Shown here: positions 1 to 9,557 of the stretch, in pieces
Layout: every line of letters begins with the position of its first letter
Numbering within the stretch: the stretch's first letter is position 1
NCBI GenBank assembly: GCA_038231135.1
Contig: JBBRLX010000009.1
Coordinates: 54,222-118,221 of the forward strand
Source: Candidatus Eiseniibacteriota bacterium
GTDB lineage: Bacteria > Eisenbacteria > RBG-16-71-46
Length of the DNA: 64,000 bases
Direction of reading: 5' to 3'
Notes under the pieces: model-generated
Seen by the model: the letters and a program-made list of their open reading frames with translations, nothing else
What the model was told of the DNA's origin: nothing
Database searches by the model: none
Translations under genes and position numbers: made by a program

Positions 1-716
1 TCGTCGTCGCCCGAGGAATCGGGGCGTCCGGGCGAGATCACGACATCGGCCATGAGGCTCGCCTGCACGTCCTCCGGCTCGCCTTCGTGACCGGGAATGC
101 CGCGGAACGACACGCGCACCGTGTCCCGCAGCACACCGTCCGCCAGCGCGCGGGCGAGCTGGTTCGTCACGCCCTGGTCGTTCGACCCGATGATGATGTG
201 CCGCGCGCCGCGGGCGTCGTCGCTCGCGGTGAGACTCATGCGCAGCCGCGACGCGCCGCTGCCGAGTCCCACCCGGTACCCCGCCTTGCGCGCGTCGACC
301 CACAGCGTCACCGGCGAGCGCAGCATGCCGTCGAGTCCGCCGAGCGGCACCGTCACCGAGTAGGCGCCGGCCTTCGACGTCATGACTTCGGTGCGGCGGG
401 TGCCCTCGAGGAACACCTGGGCGAACTCCAGCGGGTGCCCCGCGTCGTCGAGCACGCGGCCGCGGAACGTGAGCATCCCGGGATTCGCCGGGGGATGGCT
501 GTCGAACGATTCCGGCGGCAGTGAATCCGCGGCCGGCGCCGTATGCGCGGCCGCGCGGGACGCGGTGGTTCGTGCCGGCGCCGGGCGCGCGCCGGACGCC
601 GCCGGCAGCGCCGGGCGCGCGCCCGCGCGGGGCGGCGCCACCGCGGCCGCGGCCGACAGCGCCAGCAGCACGGACGCGATCAGCGTCGCCGCGAACCTCC
701 GTCGCTCCCGGATCAC
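1..716 (-). CDS. Secreted protein with a carboxypeptidase-regulatory-like (beta-sandwich) domain; partial, runs off the left edge
   Basis: Not in the ORF track because it has no stop in the window. GTG at 716 overlaps the dipeptidase TGA (GTGA). Manual translation gives MIRERRRFAATLIASVLLALSAAAAVA (signal peptide) then MLTFRGRVLDDAGHPLEFAQVFLEGTRRTEVMTSKAGAYSVTVP. Confidence 0.6.
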   Translation of the reverse strand, partial: MIRERRRFAATLIASVLLALSAAAAVAPPRAGARPALPAASGARPAPARTTASRAAAHTAPAADSLPPESFDSHPPANPGMLTFRGRVLDDAGHPLEFAQVFLEGTRRTEVMTSKAGAYSVTVPLGGLDGMLRSPVTLWVDARKAGYRVGLGSGASRLRMSLTASDDARGARHIIIGSNDQGVTNQLARALADGVLRDTVRVSFRGIPGHEGEPEDVQASLMADVVISPGRPDSSGDD

Positions 717-2095
717 CGCACGGCCGGCACGGCCGCGCCCAGCTCCTCGTACAGGTAGGCCACGCTGTTCGTGCCGCCGTGGAACGAACTCAGCGAGATC
801 TTCTCGTTCGGCGCGTGCACGTTGTCGTCGTCGAGGCCGAACCCCATGAGGATGCAGGGCAGTCCGTGCGTTGCCTGGAACGTCGCCATCACCGGGATCG
901 AGCCACCCTCGCGCATCATCGCAACCGGCTTCGGCCACGCGCGCGACAACGCGCGCCTCGCCGATTCGATCATCGGGTGCCGCGGATCGGTCACGAACGG
1001 GGCGCCACCGTGCAGGTTCTTCACGACGACGGTCACGCCGGGAGGCGCGAGCCGCTTCACGTGCACCTCGAACCTGCCGAACAACGCTTCGGGGTCCTGG
1101 TCGGGCACCAGCCGCATGCTGACCTTCGCCGCAGCGAACGACGGCAGCACGGTCTTGCTGCCCTCGCCGGTGTAGCCGCTCCACATGCCGTTCACATCGA
1201 GCGTCGGCCGCACCGAGATGCGCTCGAGCGTGGTGTAGCCGGCCTCGCCGAACGGCGCGGGCGCGCCGCTCTCCGCGAGGTACGCCGGCTCGTCGAACGG
1301 CGCCGCGCGCAGCAGGTCGCGCTCGGCGGCGTCGATCTTCTTCACCGCGTCGTAGAACCCGGGTTGCGTGGCGCGGCCGTCCGAGTCCTTGAGCGCCGCG
1401 ATGATCGTGCACAGCGCGTTCGCGGGGTTCTGCACCGCGCCGCCGAAGTGGCCGGAATGCAGGTCGTGCGATGGCCCGGTGACCTCGATCTGCGTGTACA
1501 GGATGCCGCGCAGGCCATACGTGAGCGCCGGCTGATCCGGCCCGAGCATCGCGGTGTCGCTCACCACGATCACATCGGCGTCGAGCCGCGCCCGCTGCGC
1601 GCGCAGGAACGCCGCGAGGTTGTCGCTGCCGACCTCCTCCTCGCCCTCGATCACGAGCTTGAGATTGATCGGCAGCGTCTTGTGGACGGCGAAGTGCGCT
1701 TCGATGGCGTTCAGGTGCATGTACACCTGGCCCTTGTCGTCCACGGCGCCGCGGGCGAACAGCTTGCCGTCGCGCAGCGTCGGCTCGAATGGCGGCGACT
1801 TCCACAGCTCGAGTGGCTCGGGCGGCTGCACGTCGTAGTGGCCATACACGAGCGCCGTGGGTTTGCCGGGCGCCCCGAGCCATTCGGCGTACACGATCGG
1901 GTGGCCCGCGGTCGCCACCACCTCGACCTGCGTCATGCCGATCGCGCGCAGCCGGTCGGCGATGTGCTGCGCGCAGCGCGCGACGTCGTCCTTGTGCTCG
2001 GCCTGCGCGCTGACGCTGGGAATGCGCAGCACGGCCTTCAGCGATTCGAGGAACGCCTCGCGGTGATCTTCGAGATAGCGGGTCAGCGCATCCAT
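713..2095 (-). CDS. M20/M25/M40 family metallo-dipeptidase
   Basis: Motifs YGHYDVQP, ARGAVDDKGQ, EGEEEVGS, DLHSG, HAPNEK. Start trimmed to MDALTRYL (ATG 2095). Confidence 0.92.
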   Translation of the reverse strand: MDALTRYLEDHREAFLESLKAVLRIPSVSAQAEHKDDVARCAQHIADRLRAIGMTQVEVVATAGHPIVYAEWLGAPGKPTALVYGHYDVQPPEPLELWKSPPFEPTLRDGKLFARGAVDDKGQVYMHLNAIEAHFAVHKTLPINLKLVIEGEEEVGSDNLAAFLRAQRARLDADVIVVSDTAMLGPDQPALTYGLRGILYTQIEVTGPSHDLHSGHFGGAVQNPANALCTIIAALKDSDGRATQPGFYDAVKKIDAAERDLLRAAPFDEPAYLAESGAPAPFGEAGYTTLERISVRPTLDVNGMWSGYTGEGSKTVLPSFAAAKVSMRLVPDQDPEALFGRFEVHVKRLAPPGVTVVVKNLHGGAPFVTDPRHPMIESARRALSRAWPKPVAMMREGGSIPVMATFQATHGLPCILMGFGLDDDNVHAPNEKISLSSFHGGTNSVAYLYEELGAAVPAVR

Positions 2096-2251
2096 ATTCG
2101 GGCTCCGTCGGGAGGTTCGAGGTTGCGGCGCGACGGGCGGGGACACCGCCGCCGGCACGTGCAGCCGGCTTGGGGAATGATGTTCTTCCGATCGCGCCGG
2201 ATGCTGTACGCTGCATGGCTCGAACCTGACGCTAGGAGCGCACGAACCAGA

Positions 2252-2461
2252 ATGCAAGTTCACATCGTCCGCCGGGAATGCTGCGGCAACGCGGCATGCA
2301 GGGAGATCGCTCCCGACGTATTCGCGATCGACAGCCAGCAGAAGGCCGTCGTGCTGGATCCGGAAGCCGCCCCGGTCGAACTGCTGATCGAGGCCGCCGA
2401 AGCGTGCCCGTGCCAGGCGATCGTGATCGAGGACGACGACGGCAACCGGGTGTTCCCGTAG
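2252..2461 (+). CDS. Small single-cluster ferredoxin, probably [3Fe-4S] type
   Basis: 69 aa hidden at the end of ORF 521..2461: MQVHIVRRECCGNAACREIAPDVF...AAEACPCQAI. AGGAG lies upstream. Confidence 0.88.
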   Translation: MQVHIVRRECCGNAACREIAPDVFAIDSQQKAVVLDPEAAPVELLIEAAEACPCQAIVIEDDDGNRVFP

Positions 2462-2484
2462 GCGGGTCCAGGGGAGGCTTCGTC

Positions 2485-2757
2485 ATGTGCCGGAACATCA
2501 AGACTCTCTACAATTTCGCGCCGCCGGCGTCGGACGACGAGGTGCGCGCGTCCGCGCTGCAGTTCGTGCGGAAGCTGAGCGGATTCACGGCGCCGTCGCG
2601 CGCGAACGAGGCCGTGTTCGCTCGCGCGGTGGACGAAGTCTCGGAGGCGGCGCGCCGGCTGCTCGACGAGCTGGTGACGAACGCGCCGGCCAGGGATCGC
2701 GAGATCGAGGCGCAACGGGCGCAAGAGCGCAGCGCGAAGCGCTTCGGTACTTCGTAG
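2485..2757 (+). CDS. DUF2277 family protein
   Basis: Characteristic MCRNIKTLYNFAPPA...ASALQFVRKLSGF; GGAGG RBS upstream. Confidence 0.88.
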   Translation: MCRNIKTLYNFAPPASDDEVRASALQFVRKLSGFTAPSRANEAVFARAVDEVSEAARRLLDELVTNAPARDREIEAQRAQERSAKRFGTS

Positions 2758-2818
2758 CCGGCGTTCCGATCCGGCGCCGGGGCGTCCGCCGCCCATGCGC
2801 CGACGGAGCCAGCCCGCT

Positions 2819-3469
2819 TCAGCGCCGGACGCCGACCCACAGCCCGTCGCCGATCGGAACGATGATGCCGTCCACGCCCTTGGACCCGGCCATGGTCTCG
2901 TTGAACGCCCGCACCGCGGGAACCTCGCGGTCGGTCGCGTTCTTGTCGAACAACTGGCCGAACGCGAACGCATTGTCGGCCATGATCAGGCCGCCCGTAC
3001 GCACGATGCGCAGGCACTGTTCTAGATACTTGCCGTAGCTGCCCTTGTCGGCGTCGAGGAACGCGGCGTCGGCGGAGCCGTCCGCGAACTTCGGCAGCAC
3101 GTCCATGCCGGCGCCGGCATGCACCTCGATGCGGGCCGCCACGTCGGAGCGCGCGATCCAGGCCTTCGCGAACTCGACATGCTTCGGCTCCAGCTCGATC
3201 GTGCGCACCCGGCCGTCGGCGGGCAGCGCGCGCGCCATCGCGATCGCCGAATAGCCCGCCAGCGTTCCCACCTCGACCACCTCGCGCGCGTGCGCGAGCT
3301 TGAGCAGGATCTGCATGAAGCTCGCCTGCTCGGGTGCGACCCAGATCGACGGAATCCCCGCGACGCGCGCCGCGGCCTTGAGGTCCGCGAGGAACGCGTC
3401 CTCGCGCGTGGTGCGCTCGGCGATGTAGCGAAAGTGCTCGGCGGTGACGACGCTCGACTCTTCGGACAT
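2819..3469 (-). CDS. Class I SAM-dependent O-methyltransferase (CCoAOMT/COMT-like)
   Basis: VEVGTLAGYS, FLDADK, ADN, PIGDG motifs; start MSEESS with GGGAG upstream. Confidence 0.9.
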   Translation of the reverse strand: MSEESSVVTAEHFRYIAERTTREDAFLADLKAAARVAGIPSIWVAPEQASFMQILLKLAHAREVVEVGTLAGYSAIAMARALPADGRVRTIELEPKHVEFAKAWIARSDVAARIEVHAGAGMDVLPKFADGSADAAFLDADKGSYGKYLEQCLRIVRTGGLIMADNAFAFGQLFDKNATDREVPAVRAFNETMAGSKGVDGIIVPIGDGLWVGVRR

Positions 3470-3480
3470 GGGCCACTCCC

Positions 3481-3711
3481 TCAGGGTTGGCTGGCGGACA
3501 CGGCGTAGCTCTCGAGGTACCCGCACTGCGGGCAGCGCCACGCCGTAATCTCGATGTGCTGGCGGCCGCTGGTGCTCAGGCCGGTCCAGAACGACTTCCT
3601 GGGCGCACCCTCGACCCACTCACCCGCGACCTGGCCGCCGTGCGAGTGATCGAGTTGATAGCCGCGCTCCATGGCGACGCGGCACTTGGGACATTCCGGA
3701 AACGCGTTCAT
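3481..3711 (-). CDS. Small zinc-ribbon protein (CPKC...CPQCG; DUF6487/PF20097-like)
   Basis: MNAFPECPKCRVAMERG...WRCPQCGYLESYA; ATG overlaps the OFOR beta stop (ATGA). Confidence 0.75.
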   Translation of the reverse strand: MNAFPECPKCRVAMERGYQLDHSHGGQVAGEWVEGAPRKSFWTGLSTSGRQHIEITAWRCPQCGYLESYAVSASQP

Positions 3712-4781
3712 CCGCCCCCCGCAGGCACCGCGACGCTGCCGCGGCGATAGCCGTCCATCACCTCGTCGAGCACCGCGCGCGACGGCCGCACCACCTCGAG
3801 CGGCAGTTGCGCGAGCGGCGTGTCGGTCAGCTCGAGCTCGTCGTCGAACGGACGCGTCGCCGGATCGATGTACAGCAGACCGGTGACGAGCTTGTGTTCG
3901 TGCTTGCCCTCGCGCAGCGCCGCGAACGCCGCGTCCCGGTTGGTCGCGTCGTAGTCCGTCGCGAGCTTCTTCAGGTAGATGTGGGAGCCGTCCGGCATCC
4001 GCACCTCGCGCGTGGTGCCGGGCGCGTAGTCGACCGTGATGTCCTCGAAGTACGGCACGTACTCGATGTCGTGCAGCGGCGAGTCGCTCTGCTTGACCGC
4101 CGCGTACGACTTGGTCGAGCCCTCGTGGTCGGCGAACGTCACGCACGGGCTGATCACGTCGATCACCGCCGTGCCGCGATGCGCGAACGCCGCCTTGAGC
4201 AGCGGTCGCAGCTGCTTCTGGTCACCCGAGAACGACCGCGCCACGAACCCGCAACCCAGCTCGAGCGCGATGGCGCAGCAGTCGATCGGAATCAGGTCGT
4301 TCGCGAGTCCGGTCTTCATGGTGCTGCCGACGTCGGCGGTGGCCGAGAACTGGCCCTTGGTGAGCCCGTACACGCCGTTGTTCTCGATGATGTACACGAC
4401 CGGCACGTTGCGGCGCACGAGGTGGCAGAACTGCCCGAGCCCGATGCTCGCGGTGTCGCCGTCGCCCGACACGCCGATCAGCAGCAGCGACTTGTTCGCG
4501 ATGCGCACGCCGGTGGCGATGCTCGGCATGCGGCCGTGCACGGCGTTGAACCCGTGCGACTGCCCGATGAAGTACGCCGGCGTCTTGCTGGAGCAGCCGA
4601 TGCCCGACAGCTTCGCCACCTGGTGCGGCTCGAGCGCCGCCTCGTAGGCGGCCTGGATGATCCCCGCCGTGATCGCGTTGTGGCCGCAGCCCGGGCACAG
4701 CGTGGTCCTGGCGCCGTCGTAGTCGGCGCGCGTCAGCCCGATTCGATTCCGCCCCGCGGGGGCGCTGGGTGCTTCGGTCAT
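3708..4781 (-). CDS. 2-oxoacid:ferredoxin oxidoreductase beta subunit
   Basis: LCPGCGH, SGIGCSS, TPP motif GDGD...NN, YGLTKGQ, SPCVTF. Confidence 0.93.
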   Translation of the reverse strand: MTEAPSAPAGRNRIGLTRADYDGARTTLCPGCGHNAITAGIIQAAYEAALEPHQVAKLSGIGCSSKTPAYFIGQSHGFNAVHGRMPSIATGVRIANKSLLLIGVSGDGDTASIGLGQFCHLVRRNVPVVYIIENNGVYGLTKGQFSATADVGSTMKTGLANDLIPIDCCAIALELGCGFVARSFSGDQKQLRPLLKAAFAHRGTAVIDVISPCVTFADHEGSTKSYAAVKQSDSPLHDIEYVPYFEDITVDYAPGTTREVRMPDGSHIYLKKLATDYDATNRDAAFAALREGKHEHKLVTGLLYIDPATRPFDDELELTDTPLAQLPLEVVRPSRAVLDEVMDGYRRGSVAVPAGGG

Positions 4782-4825
4782 GAGGCTCTCGTCGTTGGAA
4801 GAACGTTGGGTGCGTCCGGGCAACG

Positions 4826-4855
4826 ATAGTACACAGGTCGTCCAGCCCGTCCCAA
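4826..4855 (-). promoter_or_regulatory. Putative sigma70 promoter for the OFOR beta gene
   Basis: Minus strand TTGGGA-N18-TACTAT in the pheA/beta intergenic gap. Confidence 0.4.
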
Positions 4856-4856
4856 C

Positions 4857-5996
4857 TCAGCCGCCCGTGGCCGCGTCCGCCTTCGGATACGTCCCCAGCA
4901 CCCGCAAGTCCACCGTGAGCGGCCGCACGTCCCCGATCGCGGCGGACACCGGCGCCGAGGCCGCGTGGCCTTCGAGGTCGAGGAAGAACCGGTACTGCCA
5001 CGGCGTGCCGGGCAGCGGGCGGGACTCGATGCGCGTGAGGTTCACGCCGCGCGCGCTGAACCGCGCGAGCACCTCGCCCAGCGCGCCCGGGTGGTCGGAG
5101 AGCACGAGCAGCAGCGACGTCTTGCACAGGACACCGTCCGCCACCGGCGCCGCCTCGCGCGCGATCTCGACGAACCGCGTGTAGTTGCCGCGCTGGGTCT
5201 GGATGCCGCGCGCCAGCACCGCGAGGCCGTACACGCGGCCCGCGGATTCGCTCGCGATCGCGGCCAGCGTGCGGTCGTTGGCGTCGCGCACCCGGCGCGC
5301 GGAGCCCGCGGTGTCGAATTCGGCGCGCGCGGCGAGCCACGGCCGGGCCGCCAGGTACTCCTCGCACTGCGCGAGCGCCTGGGGGTGCGACAGCACGATG
5401 CGCACGTCCTCGAGCACCACGCCCGGCATCGCGAGCAGGCAGTGCTCGATCAGGCTCACGACTTCGGCGTTGATCGTGACGTTGCCTTCGCCGAGCAGGT
5501 CGTAGGTGTCGCTCACGCCGCCCGCCGTGGTGTTCTCGACAGGCAGCAACGCCACGTCGGCCGCGCCGCTCGTCACCGCCGCCACCGCGCCGCGGAACGT
5601 GTCGAAGCCCAGGAGCAGTGCGCCGCCCGGGCGGCCGCCGTAACGGCGCTGGGCCGCCAGGTGGCTGAACGCGCCTTCGATGCCCTGATAGGCGACACGC
5701 AGCGGCACCGTCTCGAGCGCGTGGACGAACGCCTGCTGGCGCGCGATCGACATCTCCATGATGAGCCGGTACAGCCGCTCGATCTCGTGGGGGTCGAGCT
5801 TCAGCTCCACCGCGAGGTGCCGGACGCGCTCGATGACCTGGTCCTCGCGGATCGGATCGCGGAACGGCGTCGCCGTGTCGAGCTTGCCGCGCGCGATCGC
5901 CTCGCTGAGCGTCATGCGCTCCTTGAGCAGTGCCAGCAGCCGGCGGTCGAGCGCCTCGATCGCGGCGCGGGTCTCCTCGAGGTCGGGCGGCGTCAT
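4857..5996 (-). CDS. pheA: Bifunctional chorismate mutase/prephenate dehydratase (P-protein)
   Basis: AroQ-like N-terminus (RAAIEALDRRLLALLKER), PDT motifs PVENTTAG, SHPQALAQC, NYTRF, and ACT motif TRIESRP. Confidence 0.92.
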   Translation of the reverse strand: MTPPDLEETRAAIEALDRRLLALLKERMTLSEAIARGKLDTATPFRDPIREDQVIERVRHLAVELKLDPHEIERLYRLIMEMSIARQQAFVHALETVPLRVAYQGIEGAFSHLAAQRRYGGRPGGALLLGFDTFRGAVAAVTSGAADVALLPVENTTAGGVSDTYDLLGEGNVTINAEVVSLIEHCLLAMPGVVLEDVRIVLSHPQALAQCEEYLAARPWLAARAEFDTAGSARRVRDANDRTLAAIASESAGRVYGLAVLARGIQTQRGNYTRFVEIAREAAPVADGVLCKTSLLLVLSDHPGALGEVLARFSARGVNLTRIESRPLPGTPWQYRFFLDLEGHAASAPVSAAIGDVRPLTVDLRVLGTYPKADAATGG

Positions 5997-6913
5997 GGAT
6001 GCCAGGGGCCGGTGCGCGGTTTGCCCGGCGCGGGGGCCGGCTCGAGCAGCTCGAGCCAGATGCCGTGGGCGATCGACGGCGGCACGAGCACGCTGCGCCC
6101 GCGGCGGTCGGCGTGGGCGTCGAAGCGGCGGCGCAGGTTGCGCTCGAGCACTTCGGTCGCGGTCGTGAGGCTCCCGACTTCGACGGTGATGCCGAGCACC
6201 GCATGCGCGGGACGGCCGCATTGCCGCGCCGGGCAGCCGGTCAGGTACACGGCGCCGTTCTGGAGTTCGACGCGACGCGCTCCGGCGTGCGCCAGCGGCA
6301 GCGTGGTGTCGGCGACGGTCTTCGCACCCACGGCCTCCAGCAACCGGCGCGTCGGGCCCGAGGAGTCCGCCGCCACCCAGACGGCGAGCAATCCCCGCGC
6401 CGTGTTGGCGTGCGTGGTGATCGCCACCGGCTCTACCATCGTCTGACGATAGTCGATGAAGAACACGTGCGACCCGCTCAACTGCGGGACGAGGAAGCTG
6501 TAGGGGCCGGCGGAGACGACGCTGGGCCGCGGCGCGAGCGGCCGGATGCGCGCCGCGACGGAATCGACGTCGCCGGCCGCCACCGCGAACCCGTCGAGGC
6601 CCTCGCCGGCGGCGAGGAAGTTCACGTAGCCCTCGGCGGTCTCGTCCTCGGGCCTCGCGGCCGTGATCAGTTCCAGCGACGTGCCGTCGAAGAACTTCAC
6701 GAGGTCGTCGCGGAGGGTGTTGTCGTTCAGCCGCCCCGGCTTGATCGTGAACCCGAGCTTGTCGCGGAACGTGCGGTCGGCGAGGCCGATGTCGTGGACC
6801 ACGATCGGCACGTGGTCGAGCCGCAGCGTCGCCGCTGCGGGCTGGACGCCAACCAGGATTGCGGCGAGGGCCGGCGCCACGAGCGTTGCGCTCCACCCGC
6901 CGCGCGGCCTCAC
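5993..6913 (-). CDS. VOC/glyoxalase-like (Glyoxalase_3-type) protein with predicted signal peptide
   Basis: LDHVPIVVHD...LGF...F-DGTSLELI, HANTARG; hydrophobic N-terminus; overlaps both neighbours by 4 nt. Confidence 0.7.
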   Translation of the reverse strand: MRPRGGWSATLVAPALAAILVGVQPAAATLRLDHVPIVVHDIGLADRTFRDKLGFTIKPGRLNDNTLRDDLVKFFDGTSLELITAARPEDETAEGYVNFLAAGEGLDGFAVAAGDVDSVAARIRPLAPRPSVVSAGPYSFLVPQLSGSHVFFIDYRQTMVEPVAITTHANTARGLLAVWVAADSSGPTRRLLEAVGAKTVADTTLPLAHAGARRVELQNGAVYLTGCPARQCGRPAHAVLGITVEVGSLTTATEVLERNLRRRFDAHADRRGRSVLVPPSIAHGIWLELLEPAPAPGKPRTGPWHP

Positions 6914-7701
6914 ACCAGCACGCCCCTCAGCACCGTGACCGCCTGGCCGCCGAGCATCACGCGGTCGCCGTCGATGCGCACCCGCACGGTGCCGCCGCGC
7001 GCCGACAACTGGTGGCCGACCATCTCGGCCAGACCGAGCTTGGAACCCCAGTAGGGCGCGAGCGCGCAGTGCGCGGAGCCGGTGACGGCGTCCTCAGGCA
7101 CGCCGGCGCGCGGCGCGAAGAATCGCGACACGAAATCGACTCCGGCGGAATCCGCGCGGCTCGTCACGATCACGCCGCGCGCCTCGACCTTCGCGAGCTT
7201 CGCGAAGTCGGGCTGGACGCCGCGCACGTCGGCCTCCGAACCGACCTCGACGAGATAGTCGAACACGTTCCTGCCCACGTACAAAGGCTTCACGCCGAGC
7301 GCCGCCGCGAGACCCGCGGGCGCCGGGGCCTGCTCGACCGGCTTGAGCGGGAAATCGAGCTCGATCCACGCGCCTTTCCGCGACGCCGACAGCACGCCGC
7401 TCTGCGTATGGAACCGCAGCGTGGCACGCGGCTCCACCGTCGCGCTCTCCCACAGCACGTGCGCGCTCGCGAGCGTCGCGTGGCCGCACAGCGCCACCTC
7501 GACCTCGGGCGTGAACCAGCGCAGGTCGAAGCCGTCGCCGGGATGCGGCACCAGGAACGCGGTTTCAGCATGCTTCATCTCGGCGGCGATGCTCTGCATC
7601 CACGACTCGTCCTGCGGAGCCTCGAGCAGACACACCGCCGCGGGGTTGCCCTCGAACGCGCGTTCGGCGAACGCGTCCACCGTGAAGATGGGTACGCTCA
7701 T
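6910..7701 (-). CDS. PhzF family isomerase/epimerase
   Basis: VDAFAERAFEGNPAAVC, LRWFTPEVEVALCGHATLA, EDAVTGSAH; TGATG coupling to the alpha subunit. Confidence 0.93.
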   Translation of the reverse strand: MSVPIFTVDAFAERAFEGNPAAVCLLEAPQDESWMQSIAAEMKHAETAFLVPHPGDGFDLRWFTPEVEVALCGHATLASAHVLWESATVEPRATLRFHTQSGVLSASRKGAWIELDFPLKPVEQAPAPAGLAAALGVKPLYVGRNVFDYLVEVGSEADVRGVQPDFAKLAKVEARGVIVTSRADSAGVDFVSRFFAPRAGVPEDAVTGSAHCALAPYWGSKLGLAEMVGHQLSARGGTVRVRIDGDRVMLGGQAVTVLRGVLV

Positions 7702-9551
7702 CAGCGGTCCTCCCTCGCCCCGACGATGGACTCGGCTTCCGCCCGGGGAGCACGGCGCCCCTCCTGGCGGAGGATCTCGTCGGTGATGGTATGCGCGTCG
7801 ATCGGCAGGCCGTCGTAGTGACGCACCGACCGCACGCGTTCGGAATCGAATCCGGTCTCGAGCCGGACGATCTGGGCCATCTGACCGTCGCGATTCTGTT
7901 CGACCACGTAGAGCCGCGGGTAGCGCGCGACGAACGCCGCGAATTCCGGCGTGAACGGCAGCGCCCGGAGCAGCAGGTAGCCGGTCGGGATGCCCTTCGC
8001 GGCCAGCTGGTCGCGCGCCTCGACGATCGCCCAGTGCGTCGAGCCGAACGCGATCAGTCCGGCCTCGGCGCCCGGCACGTCGTCGATCACCGGTTTCGGC
8101 ATCAGCGTGCGCGCGGTCTCGAACTTCTTCGCCAGCCGGTCCATGACGCGGACGTAGGTCTCGGGGTCCTCGGTGTAGCGGGCGCCCTCGTCGTGGCCCG
8201 ACCCGCGCGTGAAGTACGAGCCCTTCGGGTCCTTCACTCCGGGCAGCGTCCGCGACGGGATGCCGTCGCCATCCGCGTCCTTGTAGCGCTCGAACCTGGG
8301 CAGCGCGGCCAGCTCGGCGTCGGTGAGCACCTTGCCGCGGTCCCACGGCTGCTCGGGATACGGGAATGGGTCGCTCATCCAGTTGTTCATTCCGATGTCG
8401 AGATCGCTGAGCACGAACACCGGCGTCTGCAGCCGCTCGGCCAGATCGAACGCCTGCATGCCGAAGTCGAAGCAGTCGCGCACCGAGCTCGGCAGCAGAA
8501 TCGGATGCCGCGTGTCGCCGTGCGACATCGACCACACGAACGACAGATCGCCCTGCGACGTGCGGGTCGGCAGCCCGGTCGAGGGACCGATGCGCTGGAT
8601 GTCCCAGATCACCGCCGGGATCTCGGCGTAGTAACCGTAGCCCGCGAACTCGGTCATCAGCGACAGGCCGGGCCCCGACGTCGAGGTCATCGCCCTGGCG
8701 CCCGCCCAGTTCGCGCCGAGCACCATGCCGATCGCCGCAATCTCGTCCTCGGCCTGCACGACGGCGAACGTGGCCTTGCCGGTGACCGGATCCTTGCGGT
8801 GCTTGTGGAGGAAGCCGATCAGCGCCTCGACCAGGCTCGACGACGGCGTGATCGGATACCACGTCACCACGGTGACGCCGCCGAACATCGCCCCCAGCGC
8901 ACCCGCGGTGTTGCCGTCGATCAGGATCTTGCCGGCGGTCGCGTTCATGCGCTCGAGCGTGTAGGGATCGCGCTTCGTGAGCGTGCCTCGCGCCCATTCC
9001 CAGCCGGCGCGCACCGCCTGGTGATTGAGCGCGAGCGCCTTGGGCTTGCGGCCGAGCAGCGCGTCGAGCGCGCGCTCGATCTCGTCCTCGGCGATGCCGA
9101 GCAGCTCGGCCAGCACGCCGACGTAGATCATGTTCACGACCAGCCGTCGCAGCTTCACGTCCTGCGTGATCGGCGTGATCAGCTGCTGCATCGGCACGGC
9201 GTACACGAACCGGTCCGCCGGGATGTCGGGCACCTTGATCGCCTCGTTCAGCACGATCACGCTGCCCGGCCCCATCGCGGCGACGTCGGACGCCGCGGTC
9301 TCGGGGTTCATCACCACCAGCACGTCGTTGTGCTTGCTGCGCGCGATGTAGCCGTGCCGGTTGACGCGGATCGTGAACCACGTCGGCAGCCCCGCGATGT
9401 TCGACGGGAACAGGTTCTTGCCGCTGACCGGAATGCCCATCTGGAAGATCGCGCGCAGCAGCACCGCATTCGCGGTCTGGCTGCCGGAGCCGTTCACCGT
9501 CGCGATGTGGAGGCTGAAGTCGTTGGTTCTCGAACCACGCTCGGATGTCAT
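7701..9551 (-). CDS. 2-oxoacid:acceptor oxidoreductase alpha subunit (gamma-alpha fused)
   Basis: NGSGSQ, YPITPSS, QAEDEIAA, TSTSGPG, QRIGPSTGLPTR, VEQNRDGQ. Confidence 0.94.
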   Translation of the reverse strand: MTSERGSRTNDFSLHIATVNGSGSQTANAVLLRAIFQMGIPVSGKNLFPSNIAGLPTWFTIRVNRHGYIARSKHNDVLVVMNPETAASDVAAMGPGSVIVLNEAIKVPDIPADRFVYAVPMQQLITPITQDVKLRRLVVNMIYVGVLAELLGIAEDEIERALDALLGRKPKALALNHQAVRAGWEWARGTLTKRDPYTLERMNATAGKILIDGNTAGALGAMFGGVTVVTWYPITPSSSLVEALIGFLHKHRKDPVTGKATFAVVQAEDEIAAIGMVLGANWAGARAMTSTSGPGLSLMTEFAGYGYYAEIPAVIWDIQRIGPSTGLPTRTSQGDLSFVWSMSHGDTRHPILLPSSVRDCFDFGMQAFDLAERLQTPVFVLSDLDIGMNNWMSDPFPYPEQPWDRGKVLTDAELAALPRFERYKDADGDGIPSRTLPGVKDPKGSYFTRGSGHDEGARYTEDPETYVRVMDRLAKKFETARTLMPKPVIDDVPGAEAGLIAFGSTHWAIVEARDQLAAKGIPTGYLLLRALPFTPEFAAFVARYPRLYVVEQNRDGQMAQIVRLETGFDSERVRSVRHYDGLPIDAHTITDEILRQEGRRAPRAEAESIVGAREDR

Positions 9552-9557
9552 GTCGCC

